A stretch of 64,000 nucleotides of DNA from Candidatus Limnocylindrales bacterium (GCA_050008515.1 JBEKMM010000014.1:17566-81565), one strand, 5' to 3'; shown: positions 9,980 through 19,857, counted from the stretch's first letter. Numbers and translations: made by a program. Notes: a model not told the origin generated them from the letters alone.

Positions 9980-10357
9980 CACCCCGATCCCGAACTCTGC
10001 GAGTGACCACGGCGCGGGAGCTGCGGCCAGTCAAGCTTGGTGCGGCCTCTACGGCAGCCAGGCTTCCGAACTCACCACCGTCGCCGATCCGGAGGCGTCA
10101 CACGGGGGCACTGGCGCGTGAAACCATCGACTCACAGGCTGAACCGCTGCTGTCAGCCTCCGAGCTGGTGCCGACCTGGCGCGCCAGGTCGCAATGGTTC
10201 AACCCCTCCACGTAACCCATTTCCTTTCGCATGGAAATGAGACGACGCCCAACTGGCCGCGACCCCCTGTTATGGTGGGGACCAAGGAGTAGGTACCCGC
10301 CCGACCCCGAAGGAGAGTCCGGATTCTCAAGCTTTCCGATGACAAAGGTCTTGCAGC

Positions 10358-13300
10358 GTGAGCGGCCGGCTGGGCGGAGCCTTCGTCCGGTTCGGCCGGC
10401 CTAAGGGCAGGCCGGATGACGCGCGCGGGTCGCTAAACGCGGCAACACGCCTGGGAACGAGACCTTGGACCGCCGTGGCGATCGTCGCTCTCCTGGTCTC
10501 GGCGTGCAGCCCGAATCCCACTCCCAGCCCGACCACAGCGCGGACCACGCCTGCTCCCTCGGCGCCGGCCGCCGACCTGCTTGCGCTCGAAGCCTGCGAT
10601 CTCACCGGCTATGTCCCGTGCGAGCACCAGGCCGTCCTGTTGACGGAGCCTGTCGCCGGCACCGGCGTGGCCCTGACTTACTCCAGCGAGTGGGCACCCG
10701 GCCGGAAGGATCGATCAGGTTGGGACGCCTCCGCGGAAGGGCTCGGGGGTTGGTCCCTCGACATTCTGCAGCGCTATGACCCCACCAACGGCGTGCTGCT
10801 CTCCGGTGACGGCTCGTGGCGGTTCGCGAAGGGAATCACTCTCGCCTCGGGCGAGCGCGTAGTTCCGACCTACGACGGACTCCGGGCGTACGTCTTCGAC
10901 GTGAAGGGCCGCCACGTCCGCACCGTGGATGCGCTCCTGGGCACGACCCTCGTCACTTTCTCGTACGACGCCGCTGGCCGCCTCTCGGGCGCAGACGGGT
11001 CGCTCGACGGCACGCCGATTCACCTCGTCGTAGAGCGCGAGACCGACGGAACGCTCTCGGGCGTCGCCGGTTTCGACGGAGTGCGGACTACCCTGCTCCT
11101 CGATAGCAACGGCCATCTCGGTGGGATCCGGGATCCGGCAGGTCAGGCCAGCGTCTTCACGGCGACCGCCGATGGGCTGGTGACCACCTACTACGACCCC
11201 ACCGGCGGCGTGACGACCTACGCGTATGACGACGCCGGTCGGCTCAACTCGGCGAAGGACCCCGACGGCGTGGCTGTCACATACACGCGCACCGCGGCCG
11301 CCGGGTCGATCGACGTCCGGTCCACGACGACGCTGGGCCGCGTCACCACGAACCGCTCGGAAGTGTCGGGCACCGGACGGGTCCAGACGTACACCGCGCC
11401 CGACGGCACCCGGACGACCGTGTCCACCGATCCGACCGGGCAGCACGCGGTCACGTTGCCCGACGGGACGAAGATCGCGCTCGGTGAGCAGCCCGATCCG
11501 CGCTGGGGCACAGACGCCCCGATCCCGACCCCTGTCGACGAGACTCGGCCAGACGGCGCCACTCGCCACACTACCAGCACGGTCGCCGTTACGACCCCGG
11601 CCGGCGACCCGCTCGGGGTCACCGCCTGGTCCCGCACAGATGAAGTGGCCGGCGGAACCTGGACCGAGAAGGCGGATCCGGGCTCGCGCACGATCACGTG
11701 GTCCGATCCGGCCGGCCGGAAGTCCACACAGGCGTTCGACAAGGCCGGGCGCATGGTGTCACAGACCGCGCCGGGCCAGCCGGACCTGGCCTTCACCTAC
11801 GACGACCACGGGCGTGTCGCCACGCGAACGTCAGGGAGCGGCGCGGCCGCGGCGAAGACCACCTACGCGTACGGCACCGACGGCGTTGCGGACATCACCG
11901 GGCCCGACGGCGTCGTCGAGCACGTCACGGCGGACTCCCTGGGACGGATCGTCAGCTGGACGGCCGCCGACGGCGCGACGGTCCTCTCCGCATACGACGC
12001 GCTCGGGCGGCTGGTCAGGGTCGCGCCGGCCGGACAGCCGTCGACGACGATCGGGTTCAGCGCCGCCGGCCGCCAGACCGGGTTCCTGCCCCCGACCGTT
12101 GGCGCCGACGGCTCGTATGAGACGCGGACGTACAACAAGGACGGCAACCTCGCCGCGATCGTCGGACCGGGCGACCGATCGATCGCCTACACGTACGACG
12201 CGATGGGCCGGATCACCGGCTGGACGTTCGACCAGGGTACTGCAACGGCCGCCTACGACCCGACGACCGGTCTCCTCGTCAAGAGTACGGCACCCGGCGG
12301 GATCGACACTGGGTTCACGTACGCAGGCGGGATTCCCGTCGGGCGCAGCGTTTCCGGCCCGATCACCGGCGCCGTGGCCGTGACCCTGGACTCTGAGGGC
12401 CGGGTCGCCGGCGAGTCGGTCGATAAGGCGGCGCCGATCAGCTACGCGTATGACACCGCCGGGTTCCTCACCACCGTGGGGGATGTTTCGCTGCGGCGCG
12501 ACCCGGCGAGCGGCGCCGTCTCGCAGGCATCACTCGGCGTGGTGCAGACCACCCGTGAGTACGACGCCCAGGGGCGGCCGGCCCGGATCGCCGTGTCGGC
12601 GAACGGGTCAGCCGCGCTCGAGGTGCGCTACGCCTACGACCTGCGCGGGCGGGTCACGAGCGTGATCGAGACTCGCGCCGGCGGCACTCCCACACATACG
12701 ACCTATGCGTACGACACCTCCGGGCGGCTCGCCGGGGTCACGGTGGACGGGACCCAGGTCGAGAGCGACTCCTACGACGCAGCCGGGAATCGCGTGACGG
12801 TCAAGACCCCGGCCGGCACGCTCGCGGCCGCATATGACGATCGCGATCGATTGATCTCATGGGGCTCGGCGCAGTACTTCGTCAGGCCCGACGGGCAGCT
12901 CACCAGCGTCAGCGCCGCGGGCGCCACTACGGGTTACACGTTCAACGCCTTTGGCGACCTGCAAGCGGTCACCCTCCCGGGCGGGCGCCGGATCGAGTAC
13001 CCCGTCGACGCGGGCGGTGTTCGGATCGGCAAGAAGGTCGACGGCGTGCTCGCGGCGGGCTATCTCTACGGACCCGACGGCCGCCTCGCGGCGCAGACCG
13101 ACGGCAGCGGCGCGTTGGTGGCTCGCTTCGGCTACGACGACGCCGGGCGGCTCACGCTTGTCCAGCGCGGCGGCTCGAGCTACCAGGTCGTCACCGATCA
13201 CCTCGGCAGCCCGCTGCTCGTGATCGACGCGGCGAGTGGCACGGTGGCCGAGGCGATCACCTACGACGCGTGGGGCAACGTCACCTCCGATACCAAGCCC

Positions 13301-15196
13301 GGCTTCATCCCGACCGGCTTTGCGGGCGGGTTGCGCGACACTGACACGGGTCTTGTGAAGTTCGGCGCGCGCGAGTACGACCCGCAAACCGGTCGTTGGA
13401 CCGGCCCCGATCCCGCCCGCTACGCCGGCGGTGACGCGGTCCTCTATCGATACGTCGCCGGCGACCCGGTCAATGGGACCGATCCGACGGGCCTCACTGG
13501 ATCGCTCACGTCGCCCGATCCCGGCCATTTCCGCGTGCCGACGCCAGCATGGCATCCCGGTCCATCCGGATTGCCGCCGGAGACCGGGGGGACCTCGCCG
13601 ACCCCTGAGCCTGGGGACAACGGCTTGCGCGGGCTTGGGCCGGGAGGCTGGGCGGGCATCAAACGGCCAAACGGGATCCCGCCCAAGGACATCCTTCCTC
13701 CGTGGACGAAGGGCTGCTTGAGTCCAAAGGGCTGCGCTGACTTCGCGGCGGGCAAGTGCCTCCTCCTCTGTGGAAACTCGGATCCGCACGACCGCACCGC
13801 GGACGGCTTGCGGTTCGACTTCCAGGCCGCAGGCGAGTTCCTGATCGCGGGCTCGCCGGACAAGAGCGTGGTAGTCCAAGCTCGACAGGAGCCGTTCGGC
13901 TCGTCCACGCTCGTGACGATCGGTACGGCAGTGGCGGCATGGGTGGCCGGAGACCGCGTAGCTGTCTATGCGAGCGACAACCCGCCGCTCACGATCAACG
14001 GCAAGGCCGATGGCCGGCTCGACATGTCGCTGCGCCTCCCGCACGGCGGGATCGTGGAGCGCCACGGTTCGGTCGTGACGATCACCTGGCCCGGTGGAAG
14101 CCGGCTCGACGTCACGCGCGTCGGGAGCCACCTCGACTTCGCCTTCACCCCCGATGCCACCACCGGGCCGACGCTTCGCGGTCTGCTCGGCAGCGCCGAC
14201 GGCAACCCAGCCAACGACTTCACCGCTCGTAACGGCACTGTGCTCGACCAGAATGACCCCGCGTTCGCCACGAAGCTCTACGACCCGTTCGGGGCAAGCT
14301 GGCGGATCACGCAGTCGGAGTCGCTATTCGACTACGGGCCGGGAGAGAGCACGGCCACGTTCACCAAGCCGGACATCCCACACGGGCCGGCGACCATCGA
14401 CTCACTCGACGCGGCGGGGCGGACGAAGGCGGAGGCCCTCTGTCGTTCCCTGGGCGTGTCTGGCGAGCCGACGCTGACCAACTGCATACTGGACGTGGGC
14501 ATCACCGGCGACTCGTCCTACGCTGCGTCGGCGGCAGCAATGCAGGTGTCCACCGCGGCGGCCGCCGCCCAGCTTCCTGGCCAGGGCGCCACGCCATCTT
14601 CGGCACTCGACCAGAAGGTCAGCGGCACGATCGCGACGCCCTCGCAGGTCGACCGGACCACCTTCAGCGCGAAGGCCGGCGACGTCGTCTACCTCGATGC
14701 CCAGGGCGCTTGCGTGGGCGGGCTGACGTGGGCGCTCGTCGGTCCGTCCGGCGGCGGCGACATCGGCCTCTCGTATTCGTGCACCGACCTGGGACGGTTC
14801 GTGCTCAAAGACGCCGGCACGTACACGGTCGTGGTCAACGCCGACGGCACCACCGCGGGGGCATATGCCTTCGAGATCATCGGCGCGCCGGCCGAGCGCA
14901 CCTCGGCGATCACGCTCGGCCAGACCGTCAGCGACAAGATCACCCGGATTGGCGAATGGCACGCGTACACCTTCGCTGCTTCGGCCGGCCAGGTCGTCTT
15001 CCTGGACGCCCAGGGGGCGTGCGTGAACGGGCTAACGTGGCGGCTCGTCGACCCGTCCGGTAAGGCGAACCTCGGGAACGCGTGCGACGACCTCGGACGG
15101 TTCGTGCTCCCCAACGCGGGCACCTACGTGGTCGAGATCTATTCGGACGGCACCGCCACGGGGGCCTACACCTTCCAGCTCCGCTCGAGCCCCTGA
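10358..15196 (+). CDS. RHS/YD-repeat protein (1612 aa), probable lipoprotein. The RHS core ends in DPxGL and is followed by a vWD domain and two tandem PPC-like beta domains.
   Basis: N-terminal hydrophobic stretch with LVSAC lipobox. Dozens of YxYDxxGR(L/V) repeats. Core end YDPQTGRWTGPDPARYAGGDAVLYRYVAGDPVNGTDPTGL. Then CGNSDPHDRTADGLRFDFQAAGEF...GLLGSADGNPANDF (vWD-like). Then two ~95-aa repeats (...YLDAQGACVGGLTWALVGPSG... / ...FLDAQGACVNGLTWRLVDPSG...). The start codon is uncertain (GTG). Confidence 0.85.
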   Translation: MSGRLGGAFVRFGRPKGRPDDARGSLNAATRLGTRPWTAVAIVALLVSACSPNPTPSPTTARTTPAPSAPAADLLALEACDLTGYVPCEHQAVLLTEPVAGTGVALTYSSEWAPGRKDRSGWDASAEGLGGWSLDILQRYDPTNGVLLSGDGSWRFAKGITLASGERVVPTYDGLRAYVFDVKGRHVRTVDALLGTTLVTFSYDAAGRLSGADGSLDGTPIHLVVERETDGTLSGVAGFDGVRTTLLLDSNGHLGGIRDPAGQASVFTATADGLVTTYYDPTGGVTTYAYDDAGRLNSAKDPDGVAVTYTRTAAAGSIDVRSTTTLGRVTTNRSEVSGTGRVQTYTAPDGTRTTVSTDPTGQHAVTLPDGTKIALGEQPDPRWGTDAPIPTPVDETRPDGATRHTTSTVAVTTPAGDPLGVTAWSRTDEVAGGTWTEKADPGSRTITWSDPAGRKSTQAFDKAGRMVSQTAPGQPDLAFTYDDHGRVATRTSGSGAAAAKTTYAYGTDGVADITGPDGVVEHVTADSLGRIVSWTAADGATVLSAYDALGRLVRVAPAGQPSTTIGFSAAGRQTGFLPPTVGADGSYETRTYNKDGNLAAIVGPGDRSIAYTYDAMGRITGWTFDQGTATAAYDPTTGLLVKSTAPGGIDTGFTYAGGIPVGRSVSGPITGAVAVTLDSEGRVAGESVDKAAPISYAYDTAGFLTTVGDVSLRRDPASGAVSQASLGVVQTTREYDAQGRPARIAVSANGSAALEVRYAYDLRGRVTSVIETRAGGTPTHTTYAYDTSGRLAGVTVDGTQVESDSYDAAGNRVTVKTPAGTLAAAYDDRDRLISWGSAQYFVRPDGQLTSVSAAGATTGYTFNAFGDLQAVTLPGGRRIEYPVDAGGVRIGKKVDGVLAAGYLYGPDGRLAAQTDGSGALVARFGYDDAGRLTLVQRGGSSYQVVTDHLGSPLLVIDAASGTVAEAITYDAWGNVTSDTKPGFIPTGFAGGLRDTDTGLVKFGAREYDPQTGRWTGPDPARYAGGDAVLYRYVAGDPVNGTDPTGLTGSLTSPDPGHFRVPTPAWHPGPSGLPPETGGTSPTPEPGDNGLRGLGPGGWAGIKRPNGIPPKDILPPWTKGCLSPKGCADFAAGKCLLLCGNSDPHDRTADGLRFDFQAAGEFLIAGSPDKSVVVQARQEPFGSSTLVTIGTAVAAWVAGDRVAVYASDNPPLTINGKADGRLDMSLRLPHGGIVERHGSVVTITWPGGSRLDVTRVGSHLDFAFTPDATTGPTLRGLLGSADGNPANDFTARNGTVLDQNDPAFATKLYDPFGASWRITQSESLFDYGPGESTATFTKPDIPHGPATIDSLDAAGRTKAEALCRSLGVSGEPTLTNCILDVGITGDSSYAASAAAMQVSTAAAAAQLPGQGATPSSALDQKVSGTIATPSQVDRTTFSAKAGDVVYLDAQGACVGGLTWALVGPSGGGDIGLSYSCTDLGRFVLKDAGTYTVVVNADGTTAGAYAFEIIGAPAERTSAITLGQTVSDKITRIGEWHAYTFAASAGQVVFLDAQGACVNGLTWRLVDPSGKANLGNACDDLGRFVLPNAGTYVVEIYSDGTATGAYTFQLRSSP

Positions 15197-15315
15197 ATCG
15201 GGCGCAGCCACTTCCCCAGAGGCAGTTGCCTGCGCCTGATCGCCGCGCGATGTGCCCGGCGGCCCTACTCGTGCCGCGGGCATCCGTCTAGGATCCGCGG
15301 GAATCGAGGGTCGCG

Positions 15316-15783
15316 ATGACTGCAGCGACGGACCGAGCGACAGCGAGCAAGCCGCGAGCACACATCCGCCAGCACGTCCTGATACGGCGCGTGTTCAATC
15401 CGCTGGTTGTCAGGCTGAGGTTGAGCCCGACGCTCATCGTGCGCGGGCGGCGCAGCGGCAAGCAGCGCAGCGTGCCCTTCGATGGGCCGTTCGAGTACGA
15501 GGGCAGGCGCTATCTGGTGTCGCCCATGGGTGATTCCTACTGGGCGCGCAACCTGCGGGCAGCGGGCGAGGCCGAGTTACGCATCCGCCGGCAGCGCGAG
15601 CAGATCCGGGTGGTCGAGATGCAGGACCCCGAACGCAGCGCGATCGTGAAGGCCTACGCCGCGAGCCTGACGTGCAACTGCCGGACCTACATGGCGAGGC
15701 TTCCCAACCCGGCCGACCATCCGGTCTTCCGGATCGATCCACCCGACGAGGTTGTTGACCATGGGGCCCAGCTCGGTCCCTAG
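15316..15783 (+). CDS. Deazaflavin (F420)-dependent nitroreductase-family oxidoreductase (DUF385)
   Basis: 155 aa. IRRVFNPLVVRLRLSP...GRRSGKQRSVPFDGPFEYEGRRYLVSPMGDSYWARNLRAAGEAEL is typical of DUF385. Confidence 0.75.
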   Translation: MTAATDRATASKPRAHIRQHVLIRRVFNPLVVRLRLSPTLIVRGRRSGKQRSVPFDGPFEYEGRRYLVSPMGDSYWARNLRAAGEAELRIRRQREQIRVVEMQDPERSAIVKAYAASLTCNCRTYMARLPNPADHPVFRIDPPDEVVDHGAQLGP

Positions 15784-15784
15784 T

Positions 15785-16228
15785 TCAGCGGACGCCAACC
15801 GGCTGGGGCCTTGGGGCCAGGCCGAGCTGGACCAGCATGCCGAGCTGATCGGGCACGGCCCAATGCTCGACGATCTTGCCGTTCACGAAGCGGGCGATGT
15901 CGATGACGTCGATCTCGAACGTCTGGCCGGTGGGCGGGTTACCGAAGATGGAGCCGGTGTTGACGCCGCGAGCGCGGTTTAGCGCCCACACAGTGTCCCC
16001 GTCGGCGCTGAGCTTGACGACCGAGAGCTCGAAATCCGAGAACCAGCTGTGAAGGATGGAGATCGTGGCCTTCGTGCCATCGATGCCGGATTTGCTACCT
16101 CGCTGGTGTTCGATTGCGTCGGGGGAGACCAGCTGGTCGACAACGCCGAGGTCTCCCTGGGCGAAGCCGACTTCGATGAGTCTGCGAAACGCGGCGATGT
16201 TGTCTTCGGTTGACACGGCACTCTCCAT
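15785..16228 (-). CDS. SnoaL-like polyketide-cyclase / ester-cyclase family protein (NTF2 fold)
   Basis: 147 aa. NIAAFRRLIEVGFAQGDLGVVDQLVSPDAIEH...IARFVNGKIVEHWAV. Confidence 0.7.
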   Translation of the reverse strand: MESAVSTEDNIAAFRRLIEVGFAQGDLGVVDQLVSPDAIEHQRGSKSGIDGTKATISILHSWFSDFELSVVKLSADGDTVWALNRARGVNTGSIFGNPPTGQTFEIDVIDIARFVNGKIVEHWAVPDQLGMLVQLGLAPRPQPVGVR

Positions 16229-16235
16229 CGGTGAT

Positions 16236-16271
16236 TAGAGTTGTACTCTATGCAAGTAGAGTGATACTCTA
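16236..16271. promoter_or_regulatory. Two tandem perfect-arm palindromes (TAGAGT-NN/N-TACTCTA twice) that fill the 48-bp divergent intergenic region. TetR operator pair.
   Basis: TAGAGTTGTACTCTA tgcaag TAGAGTGATACTCTA lies between the SnoaL start (16228) and the TetR start (16277). Confidence 0.6.
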
Positions 16272-16276
16272 TTGAC

Positions 16277-16909
16277 ATGGACGACGTCAAAGAGAGGCCC
16301 ACCCTGCGGGACGAGCGGGCTCAGGTGACTCGCCGCCGCATCGCCGAAGCCGCCCGGAGCCTCTTCCGGAGTCGCGGCTACGGCGCGACTACGCTCCAGG
16401 CGATCGCGGACGAAGCCGGCGTCGCGGTTCAGACGGTCTACGCGGTCTACGGCTCCAAAGCCGGGATCCTGCGTGCCCTTCGGGACACGGTCTTGCGCCA
16501 GCCGGAGGCCGAGGCGCTGTTCGAAGCCGCGATGCTGGAGACCAACCCCGAGCGCAAGCTCGTGCTGTTCGCGCACTCGATCCGCCGGCGCTGGGAGTTC
16601 GGGCACGATGTCGTCGCAATCCACCGTGATGCGGGCGCGACGGATTCGTCCGTGCGGGCCGAAGTCGAGCAGGTGCTTGGCCTGCGGCGCGCCGGCATCG
16701 AACGCCTCGCTCGATCGCTCGAAGGGCAGCTGACGCCTGGGATCGATGTGGCCCATGCGACTGCCATTCTCGATGCCCTAACCCCGCCGGAGGTGTATGC
16801 CGAGCTGACGGAGGTCGGTGGTTGGAGCGCCGACGAGTTCGAGGGCTGGCTGGCGCGAAGCTTCAAGAATCAGCTCCTCGAAACCCCGACTCGTCCACGC
16901 CGCCGCTAA
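16277..16909 (+). CDS. TetR family transcriptional regulator
   Basis: HTH RRRIAEAARSLFRSRGYGATTLQAIADEAGVAVQTVYAVYGSK. Confidence 0.85.
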   Translation: MDDVKERPTLRDERAQVTRRRIAEAARSLFRSRGYGATTLQAIADEAGVAVQTVYAVYGSKAGILRALRDTVLRQPEAEALFEAAMLETNPERKLVLFAHSIRRRWEFGHDVVAIHRDAGATDSSVRAEVEQVLGLRRAGIERLARSLEGQLTPGIDVAHATAILDALTPPEVYAELTEVGGWSADEFEGWLARSFKNQLLETPTRPRRR

Positions 16910-17556
16910 TGCGGCAACCCATAGACGCGACCCTTCTTGAGCTGTAGGTCCTCGAGCTCGGTCGTCGTGCGGACTTCGTATGAGGCGAGCTCGACCAGCT
17001 CGTCGGTGGGCAAGTAGCGGCGGCCGGGGTCGCCGACCAGGACATCGATCCCGCGGTCCCGAGCCCTTTGCAGCCACGGCAGGACGCGTGCGGCCAGGCG
17101 GGCGTCGTACCAACAGTCGCCGGCCAGGATGACGTCCGCGTCGGGCGGCTCCTCGTCCAGGACATCGCGACGCACGACGGTCACCCGGCGGCCGTTGGCG
17201 CGGGCGTTGAGCTCGATCGCTGCCGCGGCGAAGGCATCGATGTCGGCGCCGGTCGCCTCGGCCGCGCCGGCATGCATCGACGCGATCGCGCACAGCCCGG
17301 AGCCGGATGCGAAGTCGAACACCCGCCGACCGGCCACCGCTTCCGGGCGCTCGCGCAGATACCGGCCGATCGCGAGCCCGCCCGCCCACGCGAACGCCCA
17401 GTGGGGGAGGGCCGGGTCGGGATCGTTCGTCTCGACCTCGACGGCGCGCCAGAGTGGCAGCACCTCATCGGCCAGGTGGAGGTGGATCTCTTCGAGACCC
17501 GGCACGGGACGGAGGTGCGTGTGGCGCAGGACGAAGGCACGGGGCGAAGCCGCCAT
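16906..17556 (-). CDS. Class I SAM-dependent methyltransferase (small, PrmA/MT16-like)
   Basis: VFDFASGSGLCAIASMHAGAAEATGADID (motif I) ... VILAGDCWYD. Overlaps the TetR stop by 4 nt. Confidence 0.7.
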   Translation of the reverse strand: MAASPRAFVLRHTHLRPVPGLEEIHLHLADEVLPLWRAVEVETNDPDPALPHWAFAWAGGLAIGRYLRERPEAVAGRRVFDFASGSGLCAIASMHAGAAEATGADIDAFAAAAIELNARANGRRVTVVRRDVLDEEPPDADVILAGDCWYDARLAARVLPWLQRARDRGIDVLVGDPGRRYLPTDELVELASYEVRTTTELEDLQLKKGRVYGLPH

Positions 17557-17698
17557 CACCGTACTCTACCGGCCGTCAAGCCGTCGTCGCGCCTCAAGAG
17601 GGTCGCCTGGGTCCCGCGATGACCAGATAACGGGACCGGCTTCGCTGGGGCCCCGCGGTGCCCACCAGGCGGCGAAGCGGCAGCGCCGTCGACCGAGG

Positions 17699-18910
17699 CT
17701 ACTTCCCGAACAACGCGTCGAAGAATCGAACCCGCGCCCCGAGCCGCAACACCGAGTTGGCGTAGATCCGTCCGGCCAGCCACGTCAGCGCAACCGCGGT
17801 CGCGAGCGTGAGCGCCACGGCCAGGGCCACCTGCCAGGCAGCTGCGTCGCCGGTCGCCATTCGGACCGGCATGAGCACGGGAGCAAACGGCGGCAGCAGC
17901 GACAGAACCGTGCTCGGCACGCCGCTCGGGTTGGACACGACGACGAAGACCAGCAGATAGCCCAGGACGAGGAAGATCGAGATCGGGGCGGTCACGCCAC
18001 CGACCTCCTCCTGGCGCGAGACGAGAGATGACGCTGCGGCGAAGGCCATGGCGTAAAGGTAGAAGCCGAGGACGAACCAGAGCAGGTCGCCGGCGATAGC
18101 ACTCGCGCCCAGGGCCGGGATGGTCAGGACGTGCGTACGAGCCACCATGACGAAGCCGGCTGCCCCGACGATGGCGAGCTGGAGCAGGCCGACCAGGCCG
18201 ATGCCGACGATCTTGCCCGCCAGCAACCGGGTCGGGCGAACGGTCGCCAGCACGATCTCGACCATCCGGGTGGTCTTCTCCTCGACCACACCCTGGGCCA
18301 CGAAGCTCCCGTAGAGCCCCAGGGATATATACAGGGTGAGCCCAACCGCGATCCCGACGAGAGCCTTCTGGGCTAGGTCGGGATCGACCGGCTTCATGCT
18401 CTGCACGGTCACATGGGCACCGGCCACACCGGCCGCGACCGTGCTGGGATCGATGCCGGCAGCCGTCAGGCTGTCGTCCAGCGCCTGCTGCCTGGCCGCA
18501 GCGTCGAGCGCGACCTGGATGGCCGGGTCGAGCTGAGCCTCGACCAACGCCACGGGGGCGGTCGGCGTTCCGGTCACCAGCACGTCGAGCGAGCCATTGT
18601 TGATCTGTTCCTCGCCCGTGGCGGCGTCGGCGATGGCGCTGACCGTGACGTCCGCGCCGAGCGCGGTCGCCGAGGTCGCGAACGGCACGGCGAGCGCCTG
18701 GGCCGGACCGACGAAGCCCACCCGCGTGGCGGCGCTCTTGCCGCCCAGAAGCGTCGCCATCAGGACTCCGGCGGCGACCAGCACGACCATGACGATCGTC
18801 CCAATCCTGAAGATCGGAGACCGCAAGCGCATCAGGATCTCGCGCCGGGCGACCAGGAAGACAGCCGGCCGGCCGCCGGATGAAGCGTGGCCTCCGGCAG
18901 GGGCGCTCAT
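17699..18910 (-). CDS. ABC-2 family transporter permease
   Basis: 403 aa with 6 predicted TM segments. ATGA overlap with the upstream ATPase gene. Confidence 0.8.
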   Translation of the reverse strand: MSAPAGGHASSGGRPAVFLVARREILMRLRSPIFRIGTIVMVVLVAAGVLMATLLGGKSAATRVGFVGPAQALAVPFATSATALGADVTVSAIADAATGEEQINNGSLDVLVTGTPTAPVALVEAQLDPAIQVALDAAARQQALDDSLTAAGIDPSTVAAGVAGAHVTVQSMKPVDPDLAQKALVGIAVGLTLYISLGLYGSFVAQGVVEEKTTRMVEIVLATVRPTRLLAGKIVGIGLVGLLQLAIVGAAGFVMVARTHVLTIPALGASAIAGDLLWFVLGFYLYAMAFAAASSLVSRQEEVGGVTAPISIFLVLGYLLVFVVVSNPSGVPSTVLSLLPPFAPVLMPVRMATGDAAAWQVALAVALTLATAVALTWLAGRIYANSVLRLGARVRFFDALFGK

Positions 18911-19815
18911 GGCTCGGCCTCCTCGATGGCGGAGCGGAAGAGCTCACCGAGGCTCGGCTGGGCCCGGCTGAACTCGAGGACCGGCCCGCTGCCGAGCGCC
19001 GTCCGCAGCAGTGCCTGGTCGTCGGCCCCGGCGTCCAGCTCGAAGAGCAGGCGAGAGCCGTCGCTGCGAACGAGCCGCGCGCCCGGAACCTGGTCCTCCC
19101 ACCCCGCCGGTGCCGCGGGTGCGTCGATCCAGAGCCGTTCGGCTGCGCCGCTACGCAGCTCCGCCACCGTGCCGCAGGCGATCATATGGCCCCGCTCGAC
19201 GATCCCAACTCGATCGCATATTCGCTCGACGAGATCGAGCTCGTGGCTGGAGAAGACGACCGGCAGGCCGGCGTCGGCCTGCTCGCGCAGCACGGCGCTC
19301 ATGAGGTCGACGGCGACCGGATCCAGACCGGCGAACGGCTCGTCGAGGACGAGCAGGTCCGGTTCGAAGACCAGGGCGGCCGCGAGCTGGACGCGCTGCT
19401 GGTTGCCCAGACTCAGCTTCTGGAGCTCGTCGCCGGCACGTTCGGCGAGGCCGAACCGCTCGAGCCAGGTCCTGGCCGCGGGCTGGGCCGCCGGCGCCGC
19501 CATACCGTGCAGCTCCGCGAGGTAGGCGAGCTGCTCGCCGACGCGCATCTTCGGGTAGAGGCCACGCTCTTCGGGCATGTAACCGATGCGACGGCGCGCC
19601 GCGAACGTGAGGGGAGTGCCACCCCACCGGACCTCCCCCGCGTCGGGCGCGAGCACGCCGAGCACGATGCGCATCGTTGTCGTCTTGCCGGCGCCGTTGC
19701 GCCCGACGAAGCCGAACACCTCTCCCGAGCGGACGTCGAAGCTCAGGTCCCGGAGCGCCACAACGTCGCCGTAGCGCTTCGTGAGCCCATCGATCTCGAG
19801 CACCCGATCAGCCAC
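18907..19815 (-). CDS. ABC transporter ATP-binding protein
   Basis: Walker A GRNGAGKTT, signature LSLGNQQRV, Walker B LLVLDEPFAGLD. Confidence 0.9.
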   Translation of the reverse strand: MADRVLEIDGLTKRYGDVVALRDLSFDVRSGEVFGFVGRNGAGKTTTMRIVLGVLAPDAGEVRWGGTPLTFAARRRIGYMPEERGLYPKMRVGEQLAYLAELHGMAAPAAQPAARTWLERFGLAERAGDELQKLSLGNQQRVQLAAALVFEPDLLVLDEPFAGLDPVAVDLMSAVLREQADAGLPVVFSSHELDLVERICDRVGIVERGHMIACGTVAELRSGAAERLWIDAPAAPAGWEDQVPGARLVRSDGSRLLFELDAGADDQALLRTALGSGPVLEFSRAQPSLGELFRSAIEEAEP

Positions 19816-19857
19816 GTTGCGCCTCTGAGCGAGTCCGCCCGCGCGGTCGGGCGCGGG

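Noticed and set aside
9980-10357. Several 60-70-aa ORFs in the 380-bp region upstream of the RHS gene
   Set aside because: Short and without RBS. More likely a promoter/leader region. No structured element recognised.
12857-14131. 424-aa minus-strand ORF inside the RHS gene
   Set aside because: Antisense to the YD-repeat region. No motifs.
15197-15240. GGCGCAG...CTGCGCC inverted repeat after the RHS gene as a terminator
   Set aside because: 7-bp stem but a 22-nt loop and no U-tract. Not convincing.
17556-18947. 463-aa minus-strand ORF overlapping the ABC-2 permease in another frame
   Set aside because: Same-strand alternative frame. Arg/Gly-rich with no hydrophobic segments, unlike the real permease frame.
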